A stretch of DNA of 64,000 bases from Bdellovibrionota bacterium (GTDB taxonomy: Bacteria > Bdellovibrionota_C > UBA2361 > CALJRW01). Below are positions 58,589-64,000 of the stretch, in pieces. Position 1 is the first letter of the stretch, and the number at the start of each line of letters is the position of its first letter. Location: positions 1-64,000 of the forward strand of contig JBGSMD010000012.1 in NCBI GenBank assembly GCA_041740355.1, read 5' to 3'. Under the pieces are notes generated by a model, which did no database searches, was not told the origin of the DNA, and saw nothing but the letters and a program-made list of their open reading frames with translations. A program made the position numbers and the translations under genes.

Positions 58589-59143
58589 CTAGATTAAACT
58601 TGCTAGATCAACCGAGGTGTATGTCGAGGGTTTTCTAACTTTACCAGAGATGTCCTTACCTACACCGTAAAATTTACCCTGGATACCAATCACTTCAACT
58701 GTCTGAACTTCCTTAGGCCAAGAAATATCCTGATTTAAATGCCAATCAGATTGTACTAGTAAATCAACAGGGCCATGCCAGTTATTTAAAAGTACAAATT
58801 TTTCCAGATTATTATCGGCAACTAATTCATAAGCTTCTTCTAGCTTTAAATTAAAGGCATGCATATTCCAGTACATAGTGTAGGCAACGTCTGCCAAACC
58901 ATCTAACATCTCTTTTTTATCAATCTTAGCATTGGCAATTTCGTAAGTAAGAGAATTTGGATCGCTGATTGCTTGGCCATTAATTGACAACTGAACTCCC
59001 AAGCCTTGAATCACGTATTCTAATGTCTCGGAAAGTAATAGCTGGGCCCCTAATTGGCGTAGGGGACCTGAAGCTTCACTGGCGTCGTCAATAAATTTTT
59101 GCCCAGCAAGTTGCATAAATAATTTTACTTTGTCTGACTTCAT
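58589..59143 (-). CDS. all-alpha NTP pyrophosphohydrolase (DR2231/MazG-like)
   Basis: LSETLE...EMLDGLADVAY...VADNNLEK...GKVRKP pattern; ATGA overlap with the helicase stop. Confidence 0.7.
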   Translation of the reverse strand: MKSDKVKLFMQLAGQKFIDDASEASGPLRQLGAQLLLSETLEYVIQGLGVQLSINGQAISDPNSLTYEIANAKIDKKEMLDGLADVAYTMYWNMHAFNLKLEEAYELVADNNLEKFVLLNNWHGPVDLLVQSDWHLNQDISWPKEVQTVEVIGIQGKFYGVGKDISGKVRKPSTYTSVDLASLI

Positions 59144-61530
59144 TTTTCTTCTTTTTTTAAAACACTGATTAGCTCTGCTTGAGTTGGGTAAATCTGCCGA
59201 AAATCAATTTCTTTAGCATCCATTACCTGATTTAATAATTCTTGTTTCTTCTTTAAATTCTTAGAAATTATATAATCAATGGAACAAGCATTTAAAGAGA
59301 TAATATTAACACTATTAGTTTGTCCGATTCGGTAAATTCGGTCAATAGATTGTAGCCAATGTTCTGCATTCCAGGTCTTATCCAAATACACGGCGCTACT
59401 TGCTGCTGTTAAATTAATCCCCACCCCACCTGCCGCCGGAATAGCAATTAAAATCTTAGCGGCGCCAGAATCAGCACTTTGAAATTCGTTAACATATTTC
59501 TGTCGATCCACAGTTTTAACCTCACCATAGTAAGGGCGCGCCTGATAGGCTTTATAACGAATCACTAATTCACGAATATTTTCAGTAAAGTTAGTCCAAA
59601 TCACAAGCTTCTGATCTTGAGAAATAACTTCTTCCACAATCTGATCTAGCTCTAAAAACTTAACCGGATCGCCTTTCCAAGTGGAATCTATAATCCTTGG
59701 ATTAGATGCAATCTGCACCGCACGTAGAAATTGTTCTAAGATATTATCGATCGATCTTTGATACGCCTCTCCTTCCAAGGTTGTAAGTTGTACTAATAAT
59801 TCCTCCCTAATTTGATCGTAACGGACTAACTGATCGCCAGTTAATTTCAGATCGCGGCGGATAAAGATCTTAGGTGGCAGATTAATAACTTCTGATTTTT
59901 TACGTCTTAATAACAACTCTTGGAATCGATACAAATACTCTTGGACCGCTTGGGGTTTGAAACTTTTAACACTAAAACGACTCCACTTTGAACCAAGCTC
60001 GGCAACTTTTTCTAACCATTCATAATAATTTACACCAAATCTCTCCCCTTGATCTAGCAGAAATTGCTGCGACCAAAGATCAGAAAAATCTCGAGGCGAT
60101 GGAGTTCCGCTTAGTAAGACTCTGCGGGGACAAAATTTAGCTATCTTCACAATTGCTTTAAAGGTAATACTTAGCGGATTTTTTACTCTTTGTGATTCAT
60201 CCAGACAAAGAAATGTTTTTTTAATACTGGTTAACTCCGCTAACTCACTGGCAACGTACCCAAGTCTTGCTTCTTCATAATTAATTACTAAGACATCAGG
60301 TCTTAAAATTCCCTCTTTAATTTTTTTCAAAAACTGCAATCTAGTTGCTTTGGTATCTGGTGTAGTGGCAGATACTAATTCTGGAATCCAACGTTTTATT
60401 TCTTCCGACCAGTTTAGCACTAAAGAATTAGGGCAAATTACTAACAACAACTCACATGAATTCGTGCGTTTAATTTCCTGAAAGGCGGTCAAAACACTTA
60501 ATGTTTTACCTAGTCCCATATCGTCTGCAATAAAACAATAAGGTTGCTTTAAGATCCAAGCAATTGCAACGCGTTGATGGGGATAAAGTTTCTGCGCTAA
60601 ATTTTGATTATGAATTTTCAAATCAAAATCTTTTAATTGGTTAAAACGGTCACGCTCACTGAGAGTCTCAGAACGGAAGCGAATCTTAGTCAAGTAATCA
60701 ATGAAAATTTGGGACTGAGGAATACTAGCTATTTCCTCGACATCAAAAATTTCCAATAGCTTAGAATCATAGAGTGTCGCAATTGTTAAACCTTCACGCT
60801 CTTCAACAATCTCCCAAAAAGGATCTTCCGCAAAATCAGGAAAAATTCCCGCTATTTCCTTGGTAGTATATCGACCCTTGAGAATCAGAACAGGCCGGCG
60901 AGATAAATCCAAAGTCAAACAACATTCCGGAGTGACAACTCCTAATAGCCAATCGGCATAACCATTTTTAAAACTTGCTAAATTTTTGCTTCTTAGCAGA
61001 AGTAAATCCGCACGCACCTCTTTACTCAACCAAATTCGTATATTTGCTAAACGTGCTTTCCAAATGATTTCTGATAAATTTTGTAATTTTAATTTATTAC
61101 AAAACTGCTTGCGATCATTGAAATGGGCAATCTCTGGTAAAAGAGTCTTTAATTTTTTAGTCGAGGCTGATTTTAAACTATAGGTATGATCCGGGTTTTT
61201 GTGAACAAATGGAAATAGTAGGCAATTTTTTAGTTCATTAGAAGAAGGTTGATACTCACGGCTCAGGATTTTACTTCGAAGCTCTTGGGTTTCTAGAAGA
61301 TAGTCCTTAGTTTCTTGCTCTACTAAAATAACCTGATTTTTTTCTTGGAATTTCTTTATTAATAAACCTACTTGTTCAACTGGCAGAGAATATTCCTTGG
61401 TTTTACTCTGATATTCAGCTCCCAGGATTGATTTAATTAGCTTTACAGCTGAACGACTTGCCAATACTTTCAAGTGAATAGAATCCTTGGACTTGTTAAA
61501 CCTAATGATGGCTGAGGGCTTTTCGCTCAT
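59140..61530 (-). CDS. SNF2-family helicase/translocase with HARP-like N-terminus
   Basis: DDMGLGKT, LDESQ, LSGTP, GVGINL and QSIDRIYRIGQ; N-terminal LIKSILGAEYQSKTKEYSLP. Confidence 0.9.
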   Translation of the reverse strand: MSEKPSAIIRFNKSKDSIHLKVLASRSAVKLIKSILGAEYQSKTKEYSLPVEQVGLLIKKFQEKNQVILVEQETKDYLLETQELRSKILSREYQPSSNELKNCLLFPFVHKNPDHTYSLKSASTKKLKTLLPEIAHFNDRKQFCNKLKLQNLSEIIWKARLANIRIWLSKEVRADLLLLRSKNLASFKNGYADWLLGVVTPECCLTLDLSRRPVLILKGRYTTKEIAGIFPDFAEDPFWEIVEEREGLTIATLYDSKLLEIFDVEEIASIPQSQIFIDYLTKIRFRSETLSERDRFNQLKDFDLKIHNQNLAQKLYPHQRVAIAWILKQPYCFIADDMGLGKTLSVLTAFQEIKRTNSCELLLVICPNSLVLNWSEEIKRWIPELVSATTPDTKATRLQFLKKIKEGILRPDVLVINYEEARLGYVASELAELTSIKKTFLCLDESQRVKNPLSITFKAIVKIAKFCPRRVLLSGTPSPRDFSDLWSQQFLLDQGERFGVNYYEWLEKVAELGSKWSRFSVKSFKPQAVQEYLYRFQELLLRRKKSEVINLPPKIFIRRDLKLTGDQLVRYDQIREELLVQLTTLEGEAYQRSIDNILEQFLRAVQIASNPRIIDSTWKGDPVKFLELDQIVEEVISQDQKLVIWTNFTENIRELVIRYKAYQARPYYGEVKTVDRQKYVNEFQSADSGAAKILIAIPAAGGVGINLTAASSAVYLDKTWNAEHWLQSIDRIYRIGQTNSVNIISLNACSIDYIISKNLKKKQELLNQVMDAKEIDFRQIYPTQAELISVLKKEEK

Positions 61531-61711
61531 ATTTTACCTGAAATTTGCATAATTTCTCACAGATCGGCTCTTACCTTTCATAAGATTAGAATGACCATAT
61601 TAATAATAGACTTATTATTATCTTAAAAAATCATTTACTGATAATTCTAATCTTAAGTAGTGGTGTTTTAAACTCAGGTTTATAAGGTTGTTAAGATGTT
61701 TTTTGTAGGGA

Positions 61712-61914
61712 TATAACCCTCCGCAAATGAAATTTGCGAAGGGCGAGCGTAATCTTGGCTTTAGCCAAGTCAAGCCGCAGCAGACAAAACCATACTCCCC
61801 GCCGATTTGCGTAGGGTTTGGCAATGTTTTCTACGGCAAAACCTGTCTGTGACAGAATTTTGCTCGCTCACCTTTCTTTTCATTTTTTATCAAAAATGAA
61901 AAGCGGTGAGTATA
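61712..61914. repeat. family-2 repeat: two cores in inverted arrangement
   Basis: GGGCGAGC-hairpin-GCCGCAG at 61741-61780 and CTACGGC-hairpin-GCTCGC at 61831-61867; both outer ends flanked by TATA. Confidence 0.75.
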
Positions 61915-61942
61915 ACTTTTTACCCACTCCGCTTAACTTGTT

Positions 61943-62680
61943 ATGAACAACGAAAAACTTCAACTCAATTTACCAGTCACTGATAAAAGTGTTGCTCAGC
62001 TCAATCTAAGTGCGGGTTCTGTTAAATTAATCTCTGGATCTTTACCGATTAGTCTTAAACCAGCAGCTTTTATAAAACAACCTCATGGTTTAAGCGTAAT
62101 TTCTAATAAATTAGCTCCCTTTAATTATAATCCGGTACCAAGCTTTAAAATTCAAGATACGATCTATGTTGTTGCACTTGGTTCAGCTGGTTTTACCGCC
62201 CAGCGAATTAAAAACGATAATCGACAAGAAAGACTAAACCAGATTCATCGTGCTTGGAATATCCAAGTTTTAAAGGACTTTTGGAGTCACTTAGTTGCTC
62301 ATCCTCTACCTGAGGAAGAAATTTTTGCCGAATTTGGTTTCATTATCGCCTGTCGGAAGTTTGTCATTGACTCAGCTGGAGAGTCAAAAGAAGTTTGGGA
62401 TACAACTATTTGGAAGGTAAATCAGGGTGAAATTAAAGCTTATCATCAGTTTATTTCTAAACAAGAACCTGTTCCAATGACACTTAAATCTGAATCTGGA
62501 AAGGAAGAGCGAGTTTTTTTATTAAACGATAAAGAAGCACTTCATTTAAATTCGGAAACAAATGAAATTGAGTTAATTCAAATTGATGAGAATTCTGAGT
62601 TAATTTCGACAGAGTCTAAGTCAAATTCAGAATCGGATACTAAGCTAGAAAAATTGATTCTAATTGAGAAGATTGCCTAG
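61943..62680 (+). CDS. hypothetical protein
   Basis: 245-aa ORF; no family recognised. Confidence 0.7.
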   Translation: MNNEKLQLNLPVTDKSVAQLNLSAGSVKLISGSLPISLKPAAFIKQPHGLSVISNKLAPFNYNPVPSFKIQDTIYVVALGSAGFTAQRIKNDNRQERLNQIHRAWNIQVLKDFWSHLVAHPLPEEEIFAEFGFIIACRKFVIDSAGESKEVWDTTIWKVNQGEIKAYHQFISKQEPVPMTLKSESGKEERVFLLNDKEALHLNSETNEIELIQIDENSELISTESKSNSESDTKLEKLILIEKIA

Positions 62681-62720
62681 ATAGAATTTTTATCTTTTTT
62701 ACATAAATAAGATAAAAATT

Positions 62721-63197
62721 CTAATTTGCTTTACTGCAATCCACAAAGTTCATTTCGGCATTTTTCAAATCAGCAACACTTCCTTCCGCTAAAGCGGGAG
62801 AATCGGAAAGTTCCAAAGTTGCTACCATTTCAATTTCGATTAAAGATCCTAATGGTAAGCCAGCAACTTGAATCGTGGAACGAGCTGGTCGCGATGGACC
62901 CATCCATTTAGCATAGATTTCATTGACCACTCCAAAATCTCGCAAATTAATCATGAAGATTGTAGTTTTCAAAGTGTAAGAAAAATCTAGCTGTAAAAAA
63001 TTTAGAATTGTTAAAATGTTTCTCATAACCTGTTCAGTCTGACCCTGAATACCACCATCTACTAGTTTGTTGCTAATTGGATCTAAGGGTATCTGACCAG
63101 AAAGATAAACTAAATTATCAATTATAGTCGCTTGCGAATAAGGACCCAATGCTTCGGGAGTATTTGGCACACCATTAATGTAACGAATAGTAGACAT
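62721..63197 (-). CDS. ridA: RidA family enamine/imine deaminase
   Basis: GPYSQA, SGQIPLDP, RPARSTI and IEIE motifs. Confidence 0.92.
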   Translation of the reverse strand: MSTIRYINGVPNTPEALGPYSQATIIDNLVYLSGQIPLDPISNKLVDGGIQGQTEQVMRNILTILNFLQLDFSYTLKTTIFMINLRDFGVVNEIYAKWMGPSRPARSTIQVAGLPLGSLIEIEMVATLELSDSPALAEGSVADLKNAEMNFVDCSKAN

Positions 63198-63433
63198 AGC
63201 TAATCTTATTTATAGAACAAACTTAAGAAACAAATTGGAAAGATATCATTGTTTCTGAATATCTAAGACAAGGATCAACAATCTTTGCCTTGCATCTGAT
63301 ATCGTTCTACCAAATAACTGATTTTAATAACAGTGGTCTATCCAGTCCCTAGAATATACTAAATACTAGTTGAAACTAATTTAGTTCCAGATTAGAAATA
63401 GATTTTTTATAATAAGTATAGTAATTTTCAGCA

Positions 63434-64000
63434 ATGGATTTCACAAATGGCCTTCGGCTTTATGCCAAATTACGCAATGCTAAGTTTAAAACTTCTCCGC
63501 AAAAGCTTCAGGAACTGCAACTTTCTCGTTTAGTGCAAATAGCAAAGGATACTAAATTTGGTCAAGAACATTCTTTCTCAGAGATTAAATCTGTTGCTGA
63601 TTATCAAAAGAACGTGCCGCTTCGAAAGTATGAAGACTTTTGGCGTGATTATTGGAAAGAGAGTTTTCCCATAATTGAGAATATCACATGGCCCGGAATA
63701 ATTCCCTATTTTGCTGTCACCTCGGGAACAACATCAGGAACAACAAAATACATTCCACTAACCAAGGAAATGGAAAAATCTAATACCAAAGCTGGATTGG
63801 ATTTGCTTGTCTACCACCTGAATAACTATCATGAAAGCAAATTACTCTCCGGTAAGTCCTTTTTCTTAGGAGGCAGCACAGAACTAGTGAAGCAAGCTGA
63901 TGGAGTTTTTAGCGGGGATTTAAGCGGGATGGTTGCCAAGAATATGGCTTGGTTTGTTAAGCCTTTTTATTTTCCACCTGAAGAACTAGCTCTGATTTCT
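63434..64000 (+). CDS. GH3 auxin-responsive-promoter family acyl-amido synthetase (5' part, truncated by the window end)
   Basis: Hand translation gives MDFTNGLRLYAK...TKFGQEHSF...VPLRKYEDF...FAVTSGTTSGTTKYIP. Confidence 0.88.
   Translation, partial: MDFTNGLRLYAKLRNAKFKTSPQKLQELQLSRLVQIAKDTKFGQEHSFSEIKSVADYQKNVPLRKYEDFWRDYWKESFPIIENITWPGIIPYFAVTSGTTSGTTKYIPLTKEMEKSNTKAGLDLLVYHLNNYHESKLLSGKSFFLGGSTELVKQADGVFSGDLSGMVAKNMAWFVKPFYFPPEELALIS

Noticed and set aside
61618-61824. 68-aa minus-strand ORF upstream of the helicase
   Set aside because: It lies largely within the family-2 repeat and has no protein-like features.
1653-62911. Many short ORFs in the track that are antisense to or nested within long genes (e.g. 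1653-1856, 8138-8452, 17757-18152, 39111-39407, 57351-57629)
   Set aside because: Shadow frames of well-supported genes, with no motifs or RBS.

Overview
AT-rich bacterial chromosome segment made mostly of housekeeping genes. Gene content and order (rpmF-plsX-fabG-acpP-nrdR, alternative complex III actABCDEF, LpoA-like/lon, grpE-dnaK-dnaJ, maf-yggS-yggT, mreBCD-mrdA-rodA, rpoN-hpf) suggest a former-Deltaproteobacteria lineage such as Bdellovibrionota or relatives (inference). I saw no rRNA, tRNA, CRISPR array, integrase or transposase. The structure the genes do not explain lies mainly in the intergenic DNA. There are two families of TA-flanked, hairpin-ended non-autonomous repeats (6 copies; 3 loci), REP-like palindromes nested inside each other and inside those repeats, and a ~225-nt multi-stem element upstream of hpf. 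One repeat copy supplies the current start codon of recO. Accessory coding candidates are two paralogous type IV pilin-like genes converging on a GT-C glycosyltransferase plus a decayed ABC/AAA ATPase, a HARP-like SNF2 helicase coupled to a DR2231/MazG-like NTP pyrophosphatase, an M48 protease inside the Rod operon, and a fatty-acid synthesis cluster lacking fabH, fabD and fabF. All calls were made by eye from motifs, with no database searches.
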